Shown piece after piece: positions 9,638 to 18,824 of a stretch of 43,600 nt of DNA; position 1 is the first letter of the stretch; the number at the start of each line of letters is the position of its first letter. The notes under the pieces were generated by a model that was not told where the DNA came from, did no database searches, and worked only from the letters and a program-made list of their open reading frames with translations. Source of the DNA: Thermoproteota archaeon (GTDB lineage Archaea > Korarchaeota > Korarchaeia > Korarchaeales > Korarchaeaceae); assembly GCA_027491415.1 (NCBI GenBank), contig JAOZFH010000006.1, positions 1 through 43,600 on the forward strand, written 5' to 3'. The position numbers were made by a program, and so were the translations under genes.

Positions 9638-10222
9638 TCAACCACTCCAGCACGGGTTGTCCCATCTGTTCATCCTGCATAATTCGCTGAGCGGGAGTCT
9701 GGGTTCCTTTGGCTTGTCGTCCGCGGGAATTCCGATCGGGAGAATGACCTCCAGCCTCAGCCCCTCTGGAGCGCCCACCGCCTCGGCCACCTTGGCCGGG
9801 TCAGAGGGGGTGTAGGTGAGCGTGCCGAGGCCCAGCTCCTCAGCGGCCAGGAGGGCGTACCCAACGGCGATCCACGTCGACTGCACCGAGTAGGGCGCCC
9901 TGGCCTGCGAGAACACCAGCACGAGGAAGGGGGCCTCCTCGAGGAAGGGCTTCTCCGGCGAGAACCCCTTGGCCTGGAGCCACTCTCTCAGCTCCCCCGA
10001 GACCCTCTCGTAGAACCTCCTCTCGCCCTCCTCTGCGGCGGCCCTTATCCGGGCCTTCAGTCCCGAATCCGACACCACGAGGAACCTCCAGGGCTGCCAG
10101 TTGGCCCCCGATGGGGCCTGTCTCGCCGCCTCCAATATCCTCAGTACGTCCTTCAGGGTCACCCCACCGGCTCTGAACCTCCTGACTGATCTCCTACGAG
10201 CTGCCAGCTCTAAGACTCCCAT
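9638..10222 (-). CDS. Nitroreductase family flavoprotein
   Basis: RRSVRRF, APSGANWQPWRF and LAAEELGLGT motifs. Confidence 0.92.
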   Translation of the reverse strand: MGVLELAARRRSVRRFRAGGVTLKDVLRILEAARQAPSGANWQPWRFLVVSDSGLKARIRAAAEEGERRFYERVSGELREWLQAKGFSPEKPFLEEAPFLVLVFSQARAPYSVQSTWIAVGYALLAAEELGLGTLTYTPSDPAKVAEAVGAPEGLRLEVILPIGIPADDKPKEPRLPLSELCRMNRWDNPCWSG

Positions 10223-10263
10223 CGGACCGGTCGCGGCCTCGGAGGGAAAAAATGTTGGGAGGG

Positions 10264-11007
10264 TCAGGGCCCCAGGGCCACTAGGATCATCTCACCCTGT
10301 GGATACACGGCCTTGACCACACCCAGGGGCGGAGCGTCGGGGCTCCACCAGACGGTCGCCCCCTGGTATACGATCTTGTAGCACGAGAAGGTGCCGGCCG
10401 GGACGGTCACGGTCTCCACCCCCACGACGGAACTCGTCTGCGGCGGCACGTACTCGTACTGACTGTACTGCTGAGGCGAGGCGGCCTGACACCCTACTCC
10501 CGGGATGCAGATCTGGACCTCAACCGTCTCGCCCGTCGCCACGTTTATCCAAGCCGTCACGGAGGGAGACGCGGCCTGCTGCCCACCCGCGCCCTCGTAC
10601 TCGTAGGTCACCCTGAGGCACTCGGCGCCTCCCCTCACCTCCCTACCCTAGACCGTCACGGTCATGTACACCTCTCCCTGCGGGAGCGTGATCTCGTACC
10701 TTGCCCAGGTCCCGGGGGACAGGCTGCCCCAGAGGGATGCGTAGTCGATCTGACTGGGCTTGGACGGAGGCGGACTCGTGCTGGGGCCCTTTGTGGTGGG
10801 CGGAGGAGTTGGCCTTGGCCTCCTAGGCGGCTTTGGCTTCTTGGTCGGCGGGGCGGTCGTGCTCGGAGCTTGCGTGGTGGGAGGCGCGGTCGTGGGGGGA
10901 GCGACCTCCCCTCCAGGCCTCATGTAGAAGTAGTAGAATCCGACGGCCCCGAGTACTAGGGCCCCGATCACCACAAGGGCCATCCCCTTGTCACTCACGC
11001 TACCCAC
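10264..11007 (-). pseudogene. Membrane-anchored exported protein with Pro/Thr linker, interrupted by one in-frame TAG (10650-10648)
   Basis: ORFs 10648..11007 and 10264..10638 share a frame and read YMTVTV*GREVRGGAECLRV; N-terminal TM helix, PTT repeats and ETVTVPAGTF motif. Confidence 0.7.
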
Positions 11008-11105
11008 CTTCCCTTCGGGCTCCCCCTTTGGCGCCTGAGCGGTGGGATATATTTGGACTTAGGAATGCTTGGTTTAGATCTTTGTTCTATTACCATGGAG
11101 GTGAC

Positions 11106-12941
11106 TCAAGACCTCGTTTTGTCGGAATTGGAGGAGGCCCCCGAGGCGCCAGCGTTGATGTCCAAGATGCCGAGAAGCCCGAGATCCCTCAGAATCTGTT
11201 CGGTCGGCCTTCCGGATGGATCCCACCCCCTCAATCGATAGAACTTCAGTAAGGAGGCTCTGAAGTCGTCATAACTTGTAAAGGCCCTTCTACCTTGAGA
11301 GGGGCCGCTTGGAACGGGTTCCCACATCCTCGGCGGCAGAGAGTCTTCGGCCTCCGGGTTCAGGCCCTCTCTCAGGTTGTAGAGCCTCGAGAGGGTCTCG
11401 ATTCGCCACCCGACCTTCAGAACATCCTCGGGGGTGTACCCTATGCCGGTCGCCGCCGCGAGCATCTCTGCGTAGTCCCGCTCGTCCAAGTCGAGGAACG
11501 AGCAGATTACGAGGCTGTCCGCCGCGGCCTTCCTATCCCTGTTCCTGATCATGGACTCAACGGTGTCGAGGGCGCTCCTGTCCGGCTTCTCCCTTGCGTC
11601 GGGCCACCCCCTGAGGTGCGAGGCCCCAACTTCGGCCGTGGCGTAGCTGAGGCCAAGGCCGATCCTCCCCCTCGGGTCCCACGCCGGCATGTCGAGCCCC
11701 TTCACGTGGACAGCCAGCTCGGGAACCCCGAGCTTCCTCGCCGCCCTCGCGGCGCCTTCGGCCAGCAGATCCCCGATCCCCCTCCTGTGGGCTATCGCGT
11801 CGGCCAGCCTCAGGAAGCACTCCACATCTCCGAACCTCAGATCTCGGAACTCCTCGTCCCTAAGTACCCCCCTCTCGGCACACTCTGCTGCGAGGGCCAT
11901 CGCGCTCCCCGCGCTTATCACGTCGAGCCCGAGCCTGTTGCACCTCTCGTAGAGACTCATCATGTCTTCCGGCCTCTCCAGCCCGAGGTTGGACCCAAGC
12001 ATGGCCATGCCCTCGTACTGGATCACCGAGTAGGAGCCGTCGACCCTGTGGTACTTCACGCAGGCCCTGGGGCAGGCGAAGCAGGCCAGATCCCTGACCC
12101 TATACCTCCTCAGCGCGGCGGGATCGTAGTTCTCGGCGTGCTCGAAGCTCGTCGTCTGGAAGTTCCTCGTCGGCAGCATGCCCAGCTCGTTGGCCGCCAC
12201 GAGGGCGCTGGTGGTTCCGTCGTTCTGAGGTCCTCTCCGGCCCTCGGTCCTCCTCCAGATCTCTCGGTAGATCTCGAGCACCCTCTCCCAGTCGGCCGGG
12301 CGCGCCGACCAGGACCCCATCACGGCTATGGCCTTGAGCCTCTTCGATCCCATCACCGCGCCGGTGCCTCCCCTCCCGGCGGCGTGGAGCCTCTCCGCAT
12401 GTACCACAGAGTACCTGACCAGGTTCTCGGCCGCCGGCCCCACCACCGCCACAGAGGGGCCGCCATAGTGGGCCTCGAAGACCGCGTCGTGCGCCCGATA
12501 GACGTCGAGCCCCCAGATCCAGTCCGCGTCCCTAAGCTCCACTTCGCCGCTCTCCACGAGGAGGTAGACGGGTCTCTCTGCCCTGCCCACGACCATTATG
12601 GCGTCGAAGCCTGCGAACTTCAGTTCCGCACCGAGGAAGCCGGAGGCGTGGCTGTCTATGAAGTAACCCGTCAGGGGAGACTTGGTGACCACAACGAACC
12701 TTCCACAGCCGGGGAATATGCCGGAGAGGGGACCCGCCGCTACGATGAGCGGGTTCTCCGGCGCGAAGGGGTCCACGCCCCTCGGCGCCTCCCTGTAGAG
12801 GAGGTAGGCTCCGAGCCCCTTCCCGCCTAGGAGGCTGGTGAGCACCTCTCGGGGTATCGGGACGACCTCGTGCTCGCCTCGCGTCAGGTCGACCCTCAGG
12901 TAGCGGCCGGCCCACCCTCGCGCTGCGTCGTCAGCCGCCAT
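11106..12941 (-). CDS. aor: Second aldehyde:ferredoxin oxidoreductase family protein
   Basis: AAGRGGTGAVMGSKRLKAI, CFACPRAC, QYE, NRLGLD, LAEG and GASH motifs. Confidence 0.9.
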   Translation of the reverse strand: MAADDAARGWAGRYLRVDLTRGEHEVVPIPREVLTSLLGGKGLGAYLLYREAPRGVDPFAPENPLIVAAGPLSGIFPGCGRFVVVTKSPLTGYFIDSHASGFLGAELKFAGFDAIMVVGRAERPVYLLVESGEVELRDADWIWGLDVYRAHDAVFEAHYGGPSVAVVGPAAENLVRYSVVHAERLHAAGRGGTGAVMGSKRLKAIAVMGSWSARPADWERVLEIYREIWRRTEGRRGPQNDGTTSALVAANELGMLPTRNFQTTSFEHAENYDPAALRRYRVRDLACFACPRACVKYHRVDGSYSVIQYEGMAMLGSNLGLERPEDMMSLYERCNRLGLDVISAGSAMALAAECAERGVLRDEEFRDLRFGDVECFLRLADAIAHRRGIGDLLAEGAARAARKLGVPELAVHVKGLDMPAWDPRGRIGLGLSYATAEVGASHLRGWPDAREKPDRSALDTVESMIRNRDRKAAADSLVICSFLDLDERDYAEMLAAATGIGYTPEDVLKVGWRIETLSRLYNLREGLNPEAEDSLPPRMWEPVPSGPSQGRRAFTSYDDFRASLLKFYRLRGWDPSGRPTEQILRDLGLLGILDINAGASGASSNSDKTRS

Positions 12942-13914
12942 CGCGACCCACCACCCCAGGGCCTCCCGCCAGCCTCTTCATTTCGGCGAGCACCTTTAAC
13001 CTCCTCTCCTTTCTCCGGGCGGCCTCCTCCCACCTTAATCGAGCACTCTCATCTCTTGGGATCAGGGGCGGGACTGGCGCCGGTTTCCCGCTCTCGTCGA
13101 CGTGAACAAGCGTGAAGTAGGCCGTCGTGCAGTGCCTCGCAGGCGATTCACCGGGCCTCTCCGTTATCACCTTGACCTCCACCTCCATGCTGGTCCTCCC
13201 GGTGTGGTTGAGCCTGGCGGCCATGGTCAGCACGTCCCCCACCCTGATCGGCCAGTAGAACGCCATGTGGTCGAGGGAGGCGGTCACTACCCTCCCCCCG
13301 GCGTGAAGGGCCGCTGCGGCCGCGGCGAAACCGTCCATCTCCAGCAGGAGGGAGCCTGCATACATCATGTCCCCGTACACGGCCGCGTCGGGCCTCACCA
13401 CCCGAACCGATCTCAGCCCGAAGCCCCCGAGGTCCACGTCGAGGGCCCTCTCGGCCCTGTCGCTCACCCTCCCCCGGACGTCCTCTAACCACTCTCGAGC
13501 GGCCTCCCACGCCTCGCCGCCCCTCGGAACTACCTCGGGGTCTGGGACGGGCCTGGGCCGACCGCGGGCGTCCACCGAGACGAAGGCCATGCGGGCGACG
13601 GTAGCCAGGCTCCTCTCCCCCGTCTCGGCGTCCTCTATCCAGCAGTCGACTCTGACGGCCATCGAGGACCTCCCCACGTACTCCACCGTCGCCCGGTAGG
13701 AGAGTATGGAGCCGGGAGGGACGGGTCTGATGAAGAAGAGGTCGTCAAGGTATCCCAGAACGGCCGGGCCACGCGCCACCCTGGTCGCTGCCACCGAGCC
13801 GGCGTCGACCAGCCAGTGCATCATCCAGCCGCCGTAGAGCGTTCCCCTGGCGTTCACGTGCCGGGGGAGGACGGGCCTGATCAGCTCCACGTCGGCCCCT
13901 CTGGTGCTGGGCAT
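12931..13914 (-). CDS. Tandem hotdog-fold acyl-CoA thioesterase
   Basis: Two repeats: NARGTLYGG..VGRSSMAV..FVSVD and YGDMMYAG..TGRTSMEV..LVHVD; overlaps the aor start. Confidence 0.9.
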   Translation of the reverse strand: MPSTRGADVELIRPVLPRHVNARGTLYGGWMMHWLVDAGSVAATRVARGPAVLGYLDDLFFIRPVPPGSILSYRATVEYVGRSSMAVRVDCWIEDAETGERSLATVARMAFVSVDARGRPRPVPDPEVVPRGGEAWEAAREWLEDVRGRVSDRAERALDVDLGGFGLRSVRVVRPDAAVYGDMMYAGSLLLEMDGFAAAAAALHAGGRVVTASLDHMAFYWPIRVGDVLTMAARLNHTGRTSMEVEVKVITERPGESPARHCTTAYFTLVHVDESGKPAPVPPLIPRDESARLRWEEAARRKERRLKVLAEMKRLAGGPGVVGRDGG

Positions 13915-13979
13915 GACGGCGTCCCCCCGCAGCCGGCACCAATAAAACGCTGGGGACGACCCTCTTTGCATCTCCGAGT

Positions 13980-14690
13980 TCAGGTCGGTCCGAAGGCAAT
14001 CACGAGCTCGGGCACCACGACGGTCCACTCCTCCCCCGGAGCGAGGACGACGGCGGCCTCGGTCCCCCCACCCAGCGCCCGGAGCCAGGCCTCAGCCTCC
14101 TCTCCCTCACCAGCGACCGCCAGTCTGACGTGGACGCCGTCTGGCCACGCGCCGGGGTCGAGCCTACACCTCAATAGGAGGACACGTCCGCCGGGGGTTA
14201 CCCACTGGAGGACCTCCATCGCGCCGCCGAGGCCCTCCTCTACCCTCCAGTCGCCCGAGAGGTCCTGAAGGTCGTCCCCCAACGGTAGGATGACCGGTCC
14301 CGGTGAGGCCCCCGTCAAGCAGGTCGGCATGCTCAGGGCCTTCTCGGCCTCGCCAGCGACCTCAACTCTGATGGGACCCTCGCCGACCAGGAGGATTGGG
14401 TGGGTCTCCAGGTAGGGGCCCCTGATCCTCCGTCCCGCCAGCAGCCGGATCTCATGCCCCCTGGACCTGACGACCAGCTCGATGGGAAGGGCCCCCCCAA
14501 CTCCCCTCGCTCCCGGGGGGAGGAGGGTCCAGACCCTCACCAGGGCCGCGCACAGCCCCTCGTCGCACCCGAGGACTATTGCCTCCATTGAAGAACTCCT
14601 CGTCCCGGCTCCGCACCAGGCAGAGGCTTCTGGTACACTCCACTCCGCGCCGATGAGTTCGACGGCCTCAATCAGGGTACCACACCCCAC
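13980..14690 (-). CDS. Hypothetical protein
   Basis: 236-aa ORF filling the gap in a run of minus-strand genes; no family recognised. Confidence 0.55.
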   Translation of the reverse strand: MGCGTLIEAVELIGAEWSVPEASAWCGAGTRSSSMEAIVLGCDEGLCAALVRVWTLLPPGARGVGGALPIELVVRSRGHEIRLLAGRRIRGPYLETHPILLVGEGPIRVEVAGEAEKALSMPTCLTGASPGPVILPLGDDLQDLSGDWRVEEGLGGAMEVLQWVTPGGRVLLLRCRLDPGAWPDGVHVRLAVAGEGEEAEAWLRALGGGTEAAVVLAPGEEWTVVVPELVIAFGPT

Positions 14691-14707
14691 GCCGGTCTGT
14701 CTTACGG

Positions 14708-15454
14708 TTACTTAAGGCGGTAGAGTTCCAGGTACCACCTCGGCTTGTGTGAGGTGCTCTTCTCAAGGGTGAAGCCCCTCCTCGCCGCCACGAACCTGAA
14801 GATCCACGGCGCCCAGAGGTGGAACTCCAGCTCCTCGAACCTGCCCGTGTCGAGGTAGTGGAACAGCCTCTTTACTACCCCATCCGTGCCGCTGTACCCG
14901 GAGTGGTAAGAGACCACCGCCCCCGTTCTGAAGGGCTCGGTCCTGACATCCTTGTATCCCCCCGTAGCCAAGAGCTGGATGAAGTCCGAGGACTCCACCC
15001 GGAGCCTGCCACCCGGGGCGAGCACCCGGGCAATCTCTCCTAGGACGGTCCACACGTCGTCGATCGAGAAGTGAGGGAGGCTGTTACCGAGGAAGACGAC
15101 GTAGTCGAAGCTGTCGTCCGGCAGAGGGATCTGCCTGGCGTCGCCCCTAAGGAACCTCACCTTGGACCCCCTGCTCCTGGCCACCTCCCTCGCCCTGTCG
15201 ACCATCAGGAGGAGGGCGTCCACGCCCACCACCTCGTGTCCGAGCTCCTCGAGAAGGAAGGAGAATACCCCAGATCCACAGGCTAGGTCCAAGGTCCTGC
15301 CGGGAGGAGTCAATAGGTCCCTCAGGAATGGGCGAAGGAACTCCGCCCTCTCCTTGGCCTCCTCGGACTCGGGATCGTAGAACATCGGGTGTCTGGAATA
15401 GAACTCGAGCCAGCGGGAGATCTCAAACCTGCTATCGTTCTCACCCGCGCTCAA
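14708..15454 (-). CDS. Class I SAM-dependent methyltransferase
   Basis: LDLACGSG, GVD, GDARQIPLPDDSFDYV and RVLAPGG motifs. Confidence 0.9.
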   Translation of the reverse strand: MSAGENDSRFEISRWLEFYSRHPMFYDPESEEAKERAEFLRPFLRDLLTPPGRTLDLACGSGVFSFLLEELGHEVVGVDALLLMVDRAREVARSRGSKVRFLRGDARQIPLPDDSFDYVVFLGNSLPHFSIDDVWTVLGEIARVLAPGGRLRVESSDFIQLLATGGYKDVRTEPFRTGAVVSYHSGYSGTDGVVKRLFHYLDTGRFEELEFHLWAPWIFRFVAARRGFTLEKSTSHKPRWYLELYRLK

Positions 15455-15684
15455 GGGCCCCCAGGGGGCGTTCGGATTCTCAAATTAATTAGTTTAACAG
15501 GATGACCGAGGCAAGTTGACTAGGGGACTTGCTTAACCCACTTCCAAGCCATTCTTGAAGATCTCTCCCCCCTTACGTTGAAGGGGAGTACCTGTCATTG
15601 GGGCGTCCCCCCGCAGAGTCGCTTGCCAAAGGAGGGGACTCTCGCGAGTTCCAGTTCCGGGGAAAAAGTTGGGATGGGGCTAGC

Positions 15685-16728
15685 TCAGACGCCCCCCATC
15701 ACGTAGGCCATGATGGCCTTCTGAACGTGGAGCCTGTTCTCCGCCTCGTCGAAGACCACGCTGTGAGGCCCGTCTATCACGTCGTCGGTGACCTCCATGC
15801 CCCTGTCCGCCGGCAGGCAGTGCATGTAGATGACGTCGCTCTTGGCCCTGTCTATCTTCTCCTGATCGCATATCCAGTCCTTGTACTGGTTCATCAGGTT
15901 GATCATGCCCTCCTTGTCCACCTCGGGGACGTTGGGCGGCATGAACTTGAGGGACCCCCAGCTCTTGGGGTAGACGATGTCGGCCCCCTCGAAGGCCTCG
16001 TTCATGTCGTAGCTGATCTCGAAGCTGCCGCCGAACTCGTCGGCGTTCTGCCTAGCCATGTCCACTATCTTGGGGTCGAGCTCGAGCCCCTTGGGGTGGG
16101 CCAGGACGACGTCGGCCCCGAACCGGGTGAACGCCAGTATGGCGCTCTGGGGCACGGCGACGGGCTTCACGCCGGCCGAGTAGGCCCAGCTTACGACGAC
16201 CTTCTTGCCCTCCAGCCTACCCTTGTGCTCTATGGCCGTCATCACGTCGGCCATGGCCTGGCACGGGTGGTAGATGTCGTCCTCCATGTTGATTACGGGG
16301 ATGTCGGCCCAGTGGGCGAACTCCCTCACTATGCGGTCGCCCTTCCCGTACACCCACTGGACGGGCTTGCCGTAGATCCTTATCGCGATGGCGTGGCCGT
16401 ACCTGCTCAGCACCCTCGCCACGTCGGAGATCCTCTCGGTGGTGTAGGCGATCTCCTCACCCTTCAGGGCTGGGGTGTAAACGGCGCCGGGCTGGAGGTA
16501 GATGCCCTGGCCGCCCAGCTCGAATATGCCGGTCTCGAAGCTGTTCCTCGTTCGCAGGCTGGCGTTGTAGAACAGCATGAAGAGGGTCTTCCCCTCCAGG
16601 AGCCTGTGGGGGATCTCCTTCCTCTTCTTGTCTTTGAGCTCCATGGCCAGCTTGAGGACGGCCTCGAGCTCCTCCCTCGTCCACTCCTGCGTCGAGATGA
16701 AGTCCCTACCTCGCAGGTTCACGACCAT
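15685..16728 (-). CDS. Transcarbamylase, N-acetylornithine/YgeW-like rather than classical OTCase
   Basis: SLRTRNSF, HPCQAMAD, HCLPADRG and EAENRLH motifs; SWAYSAGVKPVAVPQS replaces the GDGNN motif. Confidence 0.85.
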   Translation of the reverse strand: MVVNLRGRDFISTQEWTREELEAVLKLAMELKDKKRKEIPHRLLEGKTLFMLFYNASLRTRNSFETGIFELGGQGIYLQPGAVYTPALKGEEIAYTTERISDVARVLSRYGHAIAIRIYGKPVQWVYGKGDRIVREFAHWADIPVINMEDDIYHPCQAMADVMTAIEHKGRLEGKKVVVSWAYSAGVKPVAVPQSAILAFTRFGADVVLAHPKGLELDPKIVDMARQNADEFGGSFEISYDMNEAFEGADIVYPKSWGSLKFMPPNVPEVDKEGMINLMNQYKDWICDQEKIDRAKSDVIYMHCLPADRGMEVTDDVIDGPHSVVFDEAENRLHVQKAIMAYVMGGV

Positions 16729-16826
16729 AGGGGTCACACCCCGGCCCCATGGCTCGCAAGGGAATCCTCATAAACCTGTCGAGCGGGAGAGGCCCGTTTA
16801 TTAGCTCGCCGGGCCTAACTCCCGAG

Positions 16827-17888
16827 ATGAGGGAAGAGCTAGTCTCGCTCCTCGAGAGACTCTCCACGGCTCCAGGACCGCCGGGCATGGAGGACCGGGT
16901 GAGGAGGCTAATAGCCCAAGAGCTCCGGGGTCACGTTGACGGCCTCGAGGTGGACGCCCTGGGCAACCTGATAGCTGTCAAGAAGGGCTCAAGGTCGGCC
17001 AGGATCATGCTCGACGCTCACATGGACGAGGTCGCGCTGATGGTACGCTCCCTTAGGGCGGACGGCTTCCTGGAGATCGTTCCCCTTGGAGGGCTGGACC
17101 CGGCCGTCCTGCTCGCCCAGCGCGTGGTGGTCCACGCGAGGAGCAGGGACATCCCTGGAGTTCTGGGAGCGAAGCCAAGACACGTGATGACCGAGGAGGA
17201 GCTGAAGAGGAGGCCCACGTTCGACGAGCTCTACGTCGACGTGGGGGCCAGGTCGAGGGAGGAGCTGGAGGCGCTGGGCGTGAGGCCGGGCGACTTCGTC
17301 ACCTTCGACGTCCCGTTCAGGAGGTTTGGTGACGCGGTGATCGGAAAGGCCTTCGACGACAGGATGGGGTGCCTGGTAGCCGTAGAGGTTCTGAAGGAGC
17401 TGCCGGAGGACTCGCCGACCGTTGTGGCGGCCTTCACCGTCCAAGAGGAGCAGGGCCTCCGCGGCGCCGGGGTCGCGGCCTACAGGATCAACCCGGACGC
17501 GGCCTTCGCCCTCGAGGGCACCATAGCCGATGACACCCCCGGCGTGCCGGAGGGGAAGAGGGTCACGATCTTGGGGGGCGGGCCCGCGATAAGGGTGATG
17601 GACAGGAGCATGCTCACCCAGAGGCTCGTCTTGGAGCACATGATCCGAGTCGCGGAGGAGGCAGGGGTCAGGTACCAGCTCCAGCTATCGCCGAGGAGCG
17701 GGACCGACGCTGGGAGGATACACCTCACGAGGGAGGGCATACCCACGGGAGTGGTCTCGGTGCCGGTGAGGTACATCCACACCCCGTCCAGCCTCGCCCT
17801 GATCCCCGATGTCGAGGAGACTGTCAGATACGTGATCCAACTGCTCGACTCAATAAGGTCGGCGGAACAGCTCCGGCCCTCGATCTAG
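16827..17888 (+). CDS. M42 family (TET-type) aminopeptidase
   Basis: DAHMDEV, KAFDDR, TVQEEQGLRGA, GTDAG and RYIHTP motifs. Confidence 0.93.
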   Translation: MREELVSLLERLSTAPGPPGMEDRVRRLIAQELRGHVDGLEVDALGNLIAVKKGSRSARIMLDAHMDEVALMVRSLRADGFLEIVPLGGLDPAVLLAQRVVVHARSRDIPGVLGAKPRHVMTEEELKRRPTFDELYVDVGARSREELEALGVRPGDFVTFDVPFRRFGDAVIGKAFDDRMGCLVAVEVLKELPEDSPTVVAAFTVQEEQGLRGAGVAAYRINPDAAFALEGTIADDTPGVPEGKRVTILGGGPAIRVMDRSMLTQRLVLEHMIRVAEEAGVRYQLQLSPRSGTDAGRIHLTREGIPTGVVSVPVRYIHTPSSLALIPDVEETVRYVIQLLDSIRSAEQLRPSI

Positions 17889-17893
17889 GCGGC

Positions 17894-18715
17894 CTACGGG
17901 GCGAGTACTATGGAGAGCTTGAGGATGAGTCCCCGCAGGACCAGCGGGTTCAGCGGAAAGATGACCACGTAAGCCCAGGTCGCAAGCGGACCGACTCGCT
18001 GGCAGATCTTTATCGATCCCATCAGGACCGTCGTGCAGTAGATGAAGACGGCAGCGAGGATGGGCCCTTCCAGCCCAGCGGTCATGAGGGCGGATCCGGC
18101 GACCGCCGGCGCGATGCGGAGGATCGGCCCCCGCCAGGCGAACTCGCCCCCGAACCTCCGAGGGGACAGCGCCGCCCCGAGACACGCCGTGAGCAGCGCG
18201 GCCCCCAGGCCGATCGCGACTGTTAGGAAGAGGGTCGCCTCCATCCACGAGGTCCCATCGAGTTCCAGCGTCCCCGCGAGCCAGAGAAGCAGATATCCGA
18301 CGGTGCCCGCCCACGGGACGATCCGGGGCCTCAGACCCTCAACGCGCCGCGTCTCGGCAGCGGCGAGGCCGACCGCCCAGGTGATGGACAGGAGGAGGAA
18401 GACAGCGCCGATGCCCGCGCCGGCGCCCAAAGTGCGGAGTGATAGAGGGATCCACCCCGCACCGAACCCAACGACCGCGAGCGATCTGAAGAGGTCTGCG
18501 CTCGCTAAGTACCATAGATCCGACGCTTTAAGTCCCTTGAACAGGATCCCAGCCTTCTTCAGCGCCCTGGCCGGAATCAAGACCGCCGCCGCCAAGGCTG
18601 CGCAGGCCGCCGCCAGCGCCGCCCCCTCGGGGAGGCGAGACACGGCAGGTGGTAGGATGATCAGGGCGGCGAGAAGCATGGTGGAGGCCACGTAGGACAG
18701 CTCAAGCTCGTCCAT
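17894..18715 (-). CDS. Hypothetical polytopic membrane protein
   Basis: 273-aa ORF with many hydrophobic segments; ATTTAA box upstream. Confidence 0.65.
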   Translation of the reverse strand: MDELELSYVASTMLLAALIILPPAVSRLPEGAALAAACAALAAAVLIPARALKKAGILFKGLKASDLWYLASADLFRSLAVVGFGAGWIPLSLRTLGAGAGIGAVFLLLSITWAVGLAAAETRRVEGLRPRIVPWAGTVGYLLLWLAGTLELDGTSWMEATLFLTVAIGLGAALLTACLGAALSPRRFGGEFAWRGPILRIAPAVAGSALMTAGLEGPILAAVFIYCTTVLMGSIKICQRVGPLATWAYVVIFPLNPLVLRGLILKLSIVLAP

Positions 18716-18824
18716 CTTCGCGCCCCGGATTTGGGTGAAATGGATTTAATTGCTTCAGCCTAGGGGAGAACTCAGATCTATTTTTTTATGGAGCGCCGGC
18801 ACCCTGCTCAGGTGCTGAGTCGCT

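Noticed and set aside
10760-10905. Pro/Thr repeats as a DNA repeat element
   Set aside because: They are a low-complexity coding linker without regular nucleotide periodicity
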